NCBI GenBank assembly: GCA_000004695.1
Contig: CM000154.2
Location: 3,680,001 to 3,744,000, forward strand
Reading direction: 5' to 3'
DNA length: 64,000 nt
Origin: Dictyostelium discoideum
Lineage: Eukaryota
The notes beneath the pieces are model-generated. The model was not told where the DNA came from. It did no database searches and worked only from the letters and a program-made list of their open reading frames with translations. This document shows positions 15,078 through 30,571 of this stretch, piece by piece. Numbering within the stretch: the first letter of the stretch is position 1; every line of letters starts with the position of its first letter. The translations under genes and the position numbers were made by a program.

Positions 15078-15826
15078 ATTGTAAAAAAACATTAGAATTT
15101 ATAAATAAAACTATTAATGGACAAACAATAAAAAAAAAAAAAAAAAAAAATATTGTTATTCCATAAATAGTCTCCTTTGACCAATTAATTATATTGTAAA
15201 ATAATTTCATTATTTAATTTATCTATTTAATTCATTTAATTTTACCAACATATTTGAAACTGGATCTTAAAAAAGAAAAAAATAATTATTATAATTAGAA
15301 TAATACACTATATTTTAAAATTAAAATATAATGTAATTATTTTTAATTTGTAAAGTTTACTTTTTCCCCAATTTTTTTTTTTTTTATTTATTTCTCAATT
15401 TCCTAATACCTTTGAAAACTATTCCTTTTTCAAGTGTATTAATTAGTGGGGAATAATTAATAAAAACTATTTCTTTTTCAAATGTATCTAATTACACTGG
15501 AAAAAAAAAGAAATTAATAAATTTTATTATAAACAAATAAATTTAGTTATATACGTGGATGATTCCACAAAATAAATTGACGAAATTAGGATGGATTTTT
15601 CAGTTTTAAAAAAAAAAAAAAAAATTAAAAAAAAAAAAAAAAATACAATAATTTTTACGTGGAAAATTCTAAATAAAATAATTAATAAAAATTTAAATTC
15701 ATACTTAAAAAAAAAAAAAATAAATAAATAAAAAAAAAAAGAAATTTTAATTTCCAAAGAAAATTAATATCAGTCCTTTTACCAAAATTTTTTTATTTTC
15801 ACTTTTTTATTTTTTTTTAAAATTCG

Positions 15827-15882
<56 letters not shown>

Positions 15883-15902
15883 AAAGATTCCAAAATAATA
15901 AA

Positions 15903-17426
15903 ATGAACAAATTAATTAAAATCATTGTAATTTTTACAATTATTGTAAATGTAATTAATGGTTTAGCATATCCAAAATATAATGCAGAAGAATTAATATT
16001 GGATGGTAGTGGTAGTTTCCCAGCACAATGGTTCACTCAAACATTAGATCATTTTAATTTTCAAAATAATCAAACATTTCAACAAAAATATTATGTAAAT
16101 GATCAATATTATAACTATAAAAATGGTGGACCAATCATTTTATACATTAATGGTGAAGGTCCAGTTAGTTCACCACCATATTCTTCTGATGATGGTGTTG
16201 TAATTTATGCTCAAGCAGTAAGTAGTAATTCTACTAATTTTAAAATATTTAAATATTAAAAATTATATATATATATATATTAAAAATTTATAAAAAAAAT
16301 AAAAAAAAAGTTAAATTGTATGATTGTTACATTAGAACATAGATTTTATGGTGAATCATCACCATTTTCAGAATTAACAATTGAAAATTTACAATATCTT
16401 AGTCATCAACAAGCATTGGAAGATTTAGCAACATTTGTTGTTGATTTTCAAAGTAAACTTGTTGGTGCAGGTCATATTGTTACAATTGGTGGATCATATA
16501 GTGGAGCATTATCAGCATGGTTCCGTATAAAGTATCCACATATTACTGTTGGTTCAATTGCATCATCAGGTGTTGTACATTCAATTTTAGATTTCACTGC
16601 ATTCGATGCCTATGTATCATATGCTGTTGGTCCAGAATGTACAAAAGCACTTCAAGCTGTAACTAGTGCTGCTGAAGATGAATATTTTGCTGGAGGTATT
16701 AGAGAACAACAAATGAAACAAATACTTCAAGCTGAATCATTGGTTGATATTGGTGATTTCTTTTATTGGTTAGCCGATTCGATGATGGAGGGTGACCAAT
16801 ACGGCTACATAGATGAATTATGTAGTCCATTGGTTGACGCTATCAATAGCGGTACCAGTGGTATCGATTTGATTACAGTCTACTCCAATTACACTATCAA
16901 CACTTGGGGTAAAGTTTTAGGTACTCCAGATGAATATTCAACAGCTTGGCAACAAAATGTCACCTATGACCCATCAAAGAGTGCCGATAGAGCTTGGTGG
17001 TATCAAACTTGTAGTTCATTAGGTTGGATGCAAGCTGCACCATCTGAAAATTCAATTAGATCTTCATTGGTAAATATGACCTATTTCCAAACTCATTGTC
17101 AACAATTATTCGGTCAAGCCATTTGGCCTCCAAATGTAAATGCTGTAAATACTCAATACGGTGGTGATCAATCAAATCCATTATTGAATGCAGCTGGTAC
17201 TAATATTTTATTCACCAATGGTCATGCTGATCCATGGAGTCAAGCTTCAATCGTAAATTCAAATTATCCAAATGTTGAACCCTCTGCAATGACCACTTGT
17301 CGTAAATGTGGTCATTGTGTAGATTTAAGAGGTTGTCCAGGTGGTTGTGATTTACCAAATAATTTAGATCAAGTTAGATCACTTTCATTAAAATCAATTG
17401 CACAATGGTTAAATTTAAATAATTAA
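15903..17426 (+). CDS. Serine carboxypeptidase S28 family (prolylcarboxypeptidase-like), secreted, 2 exons
   Basis: Exons 15903..16217 and 16311..17426, with donor gtaagt and a 93-nt intron. Signal peptide MNKLIKIIVIFTIIVNVINGLA. S28 motifs include FTQTLDHFNF, GGPIILYINGEGP, the catalytic-serine region IVTIGGSYSGALSAWFRIKYPH, and C-terminal DPW and HC. Confidence 0.85.
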
Positions 17427-17609
17427 AAATAAAATAAAATATAAAATAAAATAAAAATTAAACAAATAATAATAATTTTTGTAAATCTATTTTTTTTATT
17501 TTATTTTATTTTTTTTTATGTTTTTCTTTTAAAATTTCAATTTCTTTTCATTTAAATTTTTATCAAAAATCATTTTATTTTTTAATCTAGATTAAAAATA
17601 GGTGACAAA

Positions 17610-17640
<31 letters not shown>

Positions 17641-18099
17641 GAAAGGGGTGAGAAATTAATTTTTGATCAGAAAAAAAAAAAAATATAAAAGCCAATAAAA
17701 AATAATTTATTAATCAATAATCATATATCTATTGAATTTCAAACAATAAATGCATTTTATTCAAAATGATGGTATCAAATTAAGTTATTTTTCAATCAAA
17801 AAAAGGTTCTAATTAAAAAAACTTTTGGAAAGTCGCTATCACTAACTTTGTGCACAGATATTTCCATTCACAGTATATAATAATGTAGGTAAATTAATAA
17901 AAAAAAAAAAAAAATTAATAATAATTATAATATTATATAATTAAATAAAAAACAACCCCTCTAATATTTTTTTTTTTTTTTTTTTTCTTCTCTCAATTAG
18001 TACACTAAATTTTAATACCTATCAAAAACATGGATTTATATTTTTTTTTTTTTAATATTTTAAGATAAATCATTGTTTATTAAATCCAATAAACTATAT

Positions 18100-18408
18100 T
18101 ATTTTATAATTTATAAAAAAAAAGTCAAATATCTCCAAACTCGTCTCTATTGGTCTTTATCTTTCTTTAAAAACTTAAATCATTGTTTACAAATTGCAGT
18201 AAACAACATTTCGTTACAGTTAAGGGAAATAATATTCAAAAGAACAAACAAAAACAAAAACAACAACAGCAACAACAAATTCTTTCAAACTTGTCTCTCA
18301 TGTGCTGTCTCTTTTCTTTAAAAACTTAAATCACAGTTTACAAATTGCAGTAAACTATATTTCGTTACAATCAAAGGAAAAAATGGTGCAAAGAACAAAA
18401 ATAAAAAG

Positions 18409-18465
<57 letters not shown>

Positions 18466-18600
18466 TCTTTCAAACTTGTTTCTCGTTCGCTGTCTCTTTT
18501 CTTTAATAACTTAAACCATAGTTTACAAATTGCAGTAAACTACATTTCGTTATAATAAAATTAAAAAATAGTGGTAAGAAACAACAACAAAAAGAAGAAC
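18100..18600 (+). repeat. Tandem repeat, about 185-bp unit, about 3 copies, each with a conserved hairpin and a (CAA)n tail
   Basis: Units at about 18100-18290, 18279-18470 and 18463-18600. They share a core ttctttcaaacttgtctct...gctgtctcttttctttaaaaacttaaatca.agtttacaaattgcagtaaac.a.atttcgttaca. GTTTAC-aaattgca-GTAAAC forms a 6-7 bp inverted repeat. Unit 2 carries (CAA)19. Confidence 0.7.
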
Positions 18601-18711
18601 AAAAAATTAATAAATTTAATCTTTTACGTCTCTTATGAGATTTAATTTAAACATATTATTTTCAATTTTTATTAATTTAAATTTATATTATCATTTTTAA
18701 ATTTCATTATT

Positions 18712-18759
<48 letters not shown>

Positions 18760-19101
18760 TTATTGATAATTGTTTATTTGATGTTGAAGGTGGAATTTTT
18801 AATTCAATTCTTTTGATATCTTCTGGTGGATTTCAAATGACAATAGCAGAAGTTTTTAAAAGAATTAGACCAAAAATACCACCCTTGATGTCTAATATAC
18901 AAAAAATGAATGTAAATAATTAAATTCCAGATCAAAAATATATATTTATACGTATATATGAATGATTACATTCATTTTTATGATATGATTTGCATATTTT
19001 TGGTGTTCTATTTATCTAAACTAATTCATAATAAAAACAATTAAAATTAAAAAAAAAATTGAAGGATAAATAATTAAATTTTAAAAATAAAATTTAAGAT
19101 T

Positions 19102-19136
<35 letters not shown>

Positions 19137-19323
19137 TCTGATTTGTTAATGTTTTTATAATAAAATAATGTAAATTTAAAAAAAAAAAACCAATCAATTT
19201 CAACCTTTTTTGAAAAAAATAAAATAAAATAAAAAAAATAAAAATTAAAGTATTATTTACAAATTTATTTAAGTATTAAGTATTTACAAATCAATTATTT
19301 ATTATTTTTTTTTTTTATAATTT

Positions 19324-19375
<52 letters not shown>

Positions 19376-20825
19376 ACATATTAAAGGATTAACAATAATT
19401 TTTGTTAATGTTGATATATCAGTTGTTGAGATTTGATTTTTATTGAAATCAGCAAAAGATGAACTTGTATTATTGTTTACATTTTTATCTATTATTTTAT
19501 TATTTAAATTAAAGTTTATTATGTTTTCTGTAATTTTGTAAATAATATTTAATAAAATATTAATATTTTTTTTATTTAAAAAAAAAAAAAAATTATTAAT
19601 TATTAAGTAAAAAAAAAAAATTAAACATACTTAATATCATTTTATTTTATTTTTAATTTAAATTATTATTTAATTATTATTTATTTATTTTTTTTTAAAA
19701 AATATTTATATATATTAATATATTTTTTTAAGTAAAAATATATATTATTTTTATTATTATTATTATAAATTATAAAAAATATTATATAAACAAATAAAAA
19801 TTCTTTTATTTAAATAGTAACAACATCAATTAAATTTATTTTTATTTTTATTTTTTTTTTAATTTTAAAAAAAAAATTAAAAATAATAATATTTACATAA
19901 ATAAAATACTAATAATAAAATTATTATTATTATTTTTATTAATATCATTATTATTATTATTATTATTACAATAAAAAATATCATCATCAACCTCAAAAAT
20001 TAAAAATTCACATTTCAAATATTTAAATCTTTACTACCCACATTCTCTAAAAATAAATCAAACAATCCTAGTTTAAAAAAAAAAATAAAAAAAAAAAAAA
20101 AAATTATATATATAAATAAAAATTTAAAAATTTAAAAAATTTAAATAACAAACAAGTAATACATAAATAATAATGGTATATTAAAAAACCATAAACCTAT
20201 ATTTAAAAAAAAAATTATCATTATAATTATTATTATCATAATAATATTGGTATTAAAATCTTATACACAAAAGTATTTTTTTTTTTCTTTTTTTATTTGT
20301 TTTTTTTTTTTTAAAATTTTAAAATAAATAAAAAATTAAAAAAAAAAACAATAAATAATCTTATATATAGAATAAGTTAAAATGTTACCCCATGTAAGTG
20401 TGTGGGTTATGTTTGTTGTTTTTTTTTTTGTTTTGCTAGATTTTTTACATTTATAGGGTGTATGAAAAATGAAATTAGATTTAAGTGGGTGTGTTTAAGT
20501 GGGGGTTAGAATTTTGGTTATTGTATTAGGATTCTTTTGGTTATAGAAGGTGGGGGAAGTGGTTAAACTTTAAATTCAACAATTTCTCTAAATTGAAATT
20601 GTTGTTGTTATATTTAGATTTTTTATTTTTAATTAAAACTTTTTTACATTTTGTAGTTGTTTTAATATTATTTACATTTATAGTTTTTTTACACCATAAT
20701 AAATATTAACTTGCTTTTCAATTTTAATAATCTTTATCTTAATTTAATTTTTGATATTCCCAATACCTTTTTTGGTTTAAATTTTTTTTTTTTAAAAAAT
20801 TAATAAATAAATAAAATAAAATAAA

Positions 20826-22135
20826 ATGGACAGTAATTTAATTAATTGGCTAAAAAAGTGTTCTGAATCTATATTAGATTCTCTGATAATAATTTCAAGG
20901 AATGAAATATTTATATCAAAAGAAAATCTTATTGATTTTTGCAAATCAAAATGGTAAAATATATATATTTATGTTTAAATAAAAAAATAAATAAATAAAT
21001 AAATAAATAATTTTAATATTTATTAACTATAATTATAAATTTTAAATAAAAAAAAAACAAAAATTTAAAGTTATAAAAAAATTGGATTAGGTGAAGATCA
21101 ATTTAGATTATTAAAAAATGAAATATCAATATCATTAGAAAATCATTTTAGAAATGAAAATGAATTAATATTATATAAATATGAACCCGTTAAAGAAATA
21201 AATTTAAAATTTGAAACAACAATTAGAGAATTGATTGAAAATAATATAAAATTAAATCAAATGAGGTTTATTAAAAATAATAATGAAAATAATGAAAATA
21301 ATAATAATAATAATAATGAAAATAATAATAATAATAATGAAGTTAGAATTGATTTAAATAAATATATTCAAAATGGTAATGATAATAATAATAAAAATAA
21401 TAATATTAAAGAAGATTCAGAAATTCAAAAACCAAATAATGAAATTTTAGTTATTGAATTAATACCAAGAAAATGTGATTCCTATTTTTATTATGAAATT
21501 CCATTAATAATTGCAGGTTGTATGACAGCAAAAGAATATTCAAATTTTATTAAAACAATTAATAGAGCCTATAGTGGATATTGGATATTATTTTTAATTT
21601 ATTCTTCGTATGCAATTTCAATTTTAGCCATTGTAATAACAATACCATATTACAAAGCATTTCCAATTTGGTTAATATTTTTTGGTGCAATGATTTTATT
21701 TTCAATATTTCTTTTAATTTATAGATTATTTTTAAGAGTAATTATTAAAAAAAAAGAATTTTTTATTTTTATTTCTATTTAGTTTTTATTTTATTTTATT
21801 TTTATTTTGTATATTAATCAATTTTTAATTTAAATAATAATAATAATANNNNNNNNNNNNNNNNNNNNNNNNNNNNNNNNNNNNNNNNNNNNNNNNNNNN
21901 NNNNNNNNNNNNNNNNNNNNNNNNNNNNNNNNNNNNNNNNNNNNNNNNATAGAAAATTATTGAAAAATCAGTACCACTTGAATTTCATATTGTTTATAAA
22001 AAGAAAAAGTTCCCTCAAACTAAAAATACAATGACAATGATAATTCACTATTTTTATAACTCTAAAAATACAAATGTTACAAATAATATTTACAATGAAG
22101 AATCTCAAATGAAAATTAATGAAATTGATGTTTAA
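20826..22135 (+). CDS. Hypothetical two-TM-helix membrane protein, paralog A of a tandem triplet, 3 exons
   Basis: Exons 20826..20953 (phase 2), 21071..21737 and 21953..22135; intron 2 contains the 100-N gap 21849-21948. N-terminus MDSNLINWLKKCSESILDSLI. The central exon has an asparagine-rich segment and two hydrophobic helices (YWILFLIYSSYAISILAIVITIPYY; IWLIFFGAMILFSIFLLIY). The C-terminal exon is KIIEKSVPLEFHIVYKKKKFPQTKN... Confidence 0.55.
21849..21948. other. Assembly gap (100 N) in intron 2 of paralog A
   Basis: Run of n. Confidence 1.
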
Positions 22136-22309
22136 AAAAAATAAATAAAATGATTAAAAATATTTTTGAAATTTTCCTATTGTTTTTATTTATTACCTTA
22201 AAAAAAATATATTTAGAATTTTTACTAAAAAATTAAAAAATTAAGTAATTGTGTGTTTAGGGTGCAATTTAAAAAAAAAAAAAAAAAAATTAAAAAAAAT
22301 TTTATAACT

Positions 22310-23492
22310 ATGGAAAGTAACATTATAAATTGGATATATAACAGTAATGAATTTATATTGGATATTTTACTATCTTTATCAAAGAATGGTTTTTATATAT
22401 CAAAGTCAAGTTTAAAAAAATTAATTAATTCACCAAATAAAATGTAACTATATTAAATTAGAAAAAAATAAAAAAAAAAAATATCTTAATTTGTAATTTT
22501 ATTTTTTTAAATATTTATAATAATATTTATATTTTATAAAATATTATTATTTATTAGTTTACTAATAACAGTTTGTTAAATTTTTTTTTTGGTAAAATAC
22601 TATTTCTTGAAATGATTTACCTAAAATTTAAAAAAGATATAAATATAAATTAGAAATTGAAAATTATTATATTTTAAAAAAAGTATTTGAAAATTATTAT
22701 TTTAATAGTTCAGAAAAAAGTGAACAAATTACATTAATTAATTTAGATTTTATAAATGATAAAGAAAAAATTAATACCTGTAATGTAATAAATGTAATAA
22801 TAATTAACAATATATGTTTAAACCAAAGACATATAATTAGAGTAACAGAAGAAAGTAGAATTGATCCAAATGGGGTTAAATATGAAATAATTCCAAAAAA
22901 TTATAAAAGCTATTTCGATAAGAAATTACCATTAGAACTGTCACATTTAATATCAAGTAATCAATATATTAATTTTATAAAATCTATTAATTCTGCTTAT
23001 AATGGTCATTGGATTAAATTTTTAGTAATTTTTTTTTATATTATTGGTTTAATGGTTTATTTAATTTTATTAAAAAAAAACATTTTACCAAATCAATCTT
23101 GGATTTTTATTGTAGTTTTATCCTCAATTAGTTTTTCATTAATTATTTTTCATTTAATATATTCACATTTAATTAAGGTAATTTTATTTTTTTAAAAAAT
23201 AAAAAAAAAAAAAAAAAATTGAAAAAATTAAAAAAAAAAAAAAAGATATTAATCATTTTTTATTAAAATTAAAAAAAATAAGTATATTATAATTAAAAAA
23301 ATAATATATGAATTTAATAAAAAATTAATATTTCAAATGAACTATAGTGATTTTCATAAATTTATTGAATTTAAATTGATAAGGAAAAAAAAAAAATTCA
23401 TTCAAACAAATGATAAAATAACATTGGAATTTGTTTATTACCCAAGAAATTCAATTAATAATAATAATAATATAAATGAGTTTAATTTATAA
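22310..23492 (+). CDS. Hypothetical two-TM-helix membrane protein, paralog B, 3 exons
   Basis: Exons 22310..22443 (phase 2, donor gtaact), 22637..23177 (donor gtaatt) and 23283..23492. MESNIINWIYNSNEFILDILLSLS...; IPKNYKSYFDKKLPLELSHLISSNQYINFIKSINSAYNGHWIKFLVIFFYIIGLMVYLILL; C-terminus HKFIEFKLIRKKKKFIQTNDKITLEFVYY. Exon phases match paralog A. Confidence 0.55.
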
Positions 23493-23698
23493 TAATCATT
23501 AGTAAATAAAAATGATTAGTTTAAAATTTATAATATATCAGGTGTTTTTTTATTTTCTTTTTTTAAACCCTTTTTTTTTTTTTTTTTTATTTTTTTTTTT
23601 TTTTTCTATTTTACCACTTTTTTTTTTTACCACTTTTTTTTTTTTCCAAATTTCCTCAAGATAATTTTATAATATAATTTACGTTTTAATTATTTAAA

Positions 23699-24515
23699 AT
23701 GGAAAGTAACATAATTACTTGGTTAAATAATTGTTCTCAAGAATTAGTTGATTCTGTTTTAGCATTATCCAATAATAGATATTTTATTTCTCAAAAGAGT
23801 TTGGAAGATTTTACAATTGAGCAAATGTAAGAAAAAAAAAATAATAATTTAAATAATTAAAATAATTAAAAAAAAATTTTATAATATATATTAATTTTAT
23901 ATAAAATTTAGATTTAACTATTCAATAAGTGTAGAACAATATAATACAATAAAAAATGGAGTTGAAGCATTAGAAATTATAAATGATGATTTTGATCAAA
24001 GAGGAACCAAAGTTGAGATAATATTTCATTATGATGGATTAAATGGTGTAAATAAATGGTATAAAGAATCAATTAGAAAAATAATTTCAAATAATATTAG
24101 TTTAAATACAGATTATGTTATAATTAATAATACAATGATAAAAGAAATTGAACCAAAAAGTAGAAAAATGTATTTCAATCCAATTCCACCAATTGAAATT
24201 TCTCACTTGTTATCAGATGATAAATATCATGATTTTATATTTTCATTAAATAGATCATATGGTCCATATTGGTATGTCTGTTCGGCAATAATTTGCTTTG
24301 GTTTAGCAGTTTTATTTTTTTTCTCTTTTATATTTATTAGTAAAGCTGTTGGTTTTTCATTACTATTTGTTTTTGGTATTTCTAGTGTTTGTCTTGGTAT
24401 TTTCTCATTCATTTATGTTAAATCATTAAGAGTATGTATTTTAATAATTTTAAAAAAAATCATAATTTATTATCTATTCAAATATTAATTTAAATAATTT
24501 ATTTTTTGAAAAAAA

Positions 24516-24583
<68 letters not shown>

Positions 24584-24776
24584 GTATAATATAATAAAAA
24601 AAAAAATTATAAAATTTAATAGATTACTAGAATCAAGTCAAATACCATTACATTTCAGATTCTTAAGAAAGGAAATAAATTTTCCTCAAACAGATGATAA
24701 CCTTACAATGGAAGTTTATTATGATTTTATGAAAAACAATGATTTCCAACAATTTTTATCTTCCTCAACCGTTTAA
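23699..24776 (+). CDS. Hypothetical two-TM-helix membrane protein, paralog C; exon 3 has a 1-nt frame inconsistency at its only available acceptor (possible pseudogene or sequence error)
   Basis: Exons 23699..23826 (phase 2, donor gtaaga) and 23912..24431 (donor gtatgt). The conserved C-terminal coding block 24624..24776 (LLESSQIPLHFRFLRKEINFPQTDDNLTMEVYY..., TAA 24774-24776) is +1 out of frame relative to the only upstream AG (24621-22). ORF 24135..24488 carries the TM helices YWYVCSAIICFGLAVLFFFSFIFI and LLFVFGISSVCLGIFSFIYV. Confidence 0.45.
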
Positions 24777-24918
24777 ATTAAACAATAATAATAAATTAAA
24801 ATAATAAATTAAAATAAAATTAAAAACAATAATTAAAAATTTAAATCTTACTCTAATGGTAATAATACTTTTTTTTTTAAAATCTCTTTTATTTAAAACT
24901 ATTTAATTAATTATAATA

Positions 24919-25652
24919 TTAACAAGATTTTAAGAAATAATTTTTTTCATGCCATTCTGAAAAGTTACGAATACAACCACCACCGACAGACGATGTTTTA
25001 CAGTTGGAGTTTTCACACAATTTTTCGTATGCTTTTTATAAATAAAAAAAAAGAAATTAAAAAATTAAATTAGTAAATAAAAAATTAAGGAATGAGAAAA
25101 AAAAAAAAACCTACGTTTATCATTATCACAATACCAACTTGAGTATTCGTTTAATCCATTATGGAAAACTATATCATTGGTATAATAATAATAATATTGT
25201 GGATCTGATTCACAAGCACTATCACCATAAGTAGTTTCTCTAAATCCATAAAGTGGAATTGATGGATTATTTTCAATTGAAATAAGAACGTAATTGGTAG
25301 CTACATAGATATCTCTGTTGGCATATTCTGGTGCTCTATAACATCCACCAACTTGATATGATACATCTGGATTTGATTTTTGCTCGCTGCATGTAATGTC
25401 ATAATCTGAATATTCTGATATAGTTCCATTTGTACCTGTACTATCTAGTGTAACTCTGTAATTATTACTCGAATGATTTATATTTATTCCAAAGCATTCA
25501 CCAATTTGAAAAGCAAATCCAACACCATTTTCTCCATTCGAAACTGTGCAATTTTCGTCCAAATATGGAGTCATATGTAAATAGCTAACTCCTTCAACCT
25601 TTGAATATCCAATTAATAATGTAATAAAAAAAAGAAATATTTGGTATTTCAT
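24919..25652 (-). CDS. Secreted cysteine-rich protein of unknown function, 2 exons
   Basis: Exons complement 25115..25652 and 24919..25031, with donor gtaggt (phase 1) and acceptor aaaaag. Signal peptide MKYQIFLFFITLLIGYSKVEG. The protein is about 216 aa, Tyr/Cys-rich (GECFGININ, GGCYRAPEYANRDIY, ACESDPQYYYYY, SWYCDNDKP-YEKLCENSNCKTSSVGGGCIRNF). No homolog was recognised. Confidence 0.5.
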
Positions 25653-26332
25653 TTTTTAATTTTATTTTATATTTATAAACCGCGATGATTCAAAACGAAA
25701 ACTATTAACATTAAAAAAAAAAAAAAAAAAAAAAAAAAACATCGTTAAAAAAAAAAGATTTTTTAAGATATTTATTGAAATTTCTATAAAATAGTTATTT
25801 CTTCTAAAAACTAGACAACAAAAACAAAACAGCCTGAAAAATCAAACAAAGATTCCAAATAATTTTAAGGGGCAAAAAATATCAATAACATGGTGTAATT
25901 TGGGAAATAAAAAAAAAAATAAAACAAAATAAAGAGGGAAAAAAAAAAGAAAAATAAAAAAAAAAAACTCTACACTCCCTTTGAAATAGGAAAAAAATTA
26001 AAAAATGAATAAAAAAAAAAAATAATAATAATAGTAATAATAATATAATAATATTAAATCTAAATTATGGTAAACAAAAAATTATTTTTTAAAAATGATC
26101 AGTGTCAACGTGAAAATAAGAATAAAATAAAAATAAAAAAAAATTAAAAATAAAAAAGGTGAAAATGAAAAGTGAAAAATTTACGTTATCAAAATTTGTC
26201 GCTAAAAAAAAAAAAAAAAATTGAAAAAAAAGAAAAAAAAAATTGAAAAAAATTTTAGTGGGTGCTCGTCGTTTTAAATTTTTTTTTTTTTCCGCTTAGT
26301 GCTTTTCCTTTCCTTTATCATATCAATCTAAA

Positions 26333-27026
26333 ATGGTATGTATACTATGTGATTTTAGATATTAATAGGTCATGCTATTTTTTTGGATCAATCTTTCATT
26401 GTTTGAAAGATAAGAGATGAAAACTTGTATGATAATTTATTTTAGAATGAATAGAATTGATATTAATATAATTAAAATAAAATAATCATCAATCAATATC
26501 ATCATTATCAACAAACAAACAATCAATCAATCTATTATCAATTATAGGGTCGTGTTAGAACAAAGACAATCAAAAGAGCTTCCAAACTCCTCATTGAGAA
26601 GCATTACCCAAGACTTACCAATGACTTCGACACTAACAAGAGAACTTGCGACAAACTCGCCAAGATCCCATCAAAACGTTTAAGAAACAAGATTGCTGGT
26701 TTCTGTACCCATTTAATGAGACGTATTGCTAATGGTCCAGTCCGTGGTATTTCTTACAAATTACAAGAAGAAGAAAGAGAAAAGAGAGATAACTACGTTC
26801 CACAAGAATCAGCCATCAAAACCAACGAAGTTAAAATCGATCGTGATGTTGAAGAAATGCTTAAATCTACTTTGGAATTCCCAACCATCCCACGTAAGTT
26901 TTAATATTAAAAAAGAAAAGAAAAAGCAAAAAAAAAGTACCTAACCTTACCTTTTTTTTAATTATAGAAATCCACGTCGTTGACCAAAAGAGATACAACA
27001 AAAACACCAAAAAATCAAACAAATAA
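26333..27026 (+). CDS. rps17: 40S ribosomal protein S17 (eS17), 3 exons with an ATG-only first exon
   Basis: Exons 26333..26335 (ATG then gtatgt), 26548..26893 (donor gtaagt, phase 1) and 26968..27026. [85 protein letters not shown] is near-identical to eukaryotic eS17. The product is 135 aa. Confidence 0.9.
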
Positions 27027-27193
27027 ACGTCAGATTGTTGATTATATAGAATTTTTTTTTATTTATTTATTTTAGCAAAGTTTTTTTTAGAATCTTCTTT
27101 TAATTTTATTATTATACTATTATTACATTTTACCCTCCATGAGGTATGAGTTGGGAGGTTATATTAACAGAACGAATAAAAAAAATAATTAAT

Positions 27194-30571
<3,378 letters not shown>

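Noticed and set aside
19380-19540. Roughly 40-codon minus-strand open frame (NNTSSSFADFNKNQISTTDISTLTKIIVNPL...)
   Set aside because: It is too short, is flanked by stops, and has no homolog recognised. It could be a micro-exon but the evidence is insufficient.
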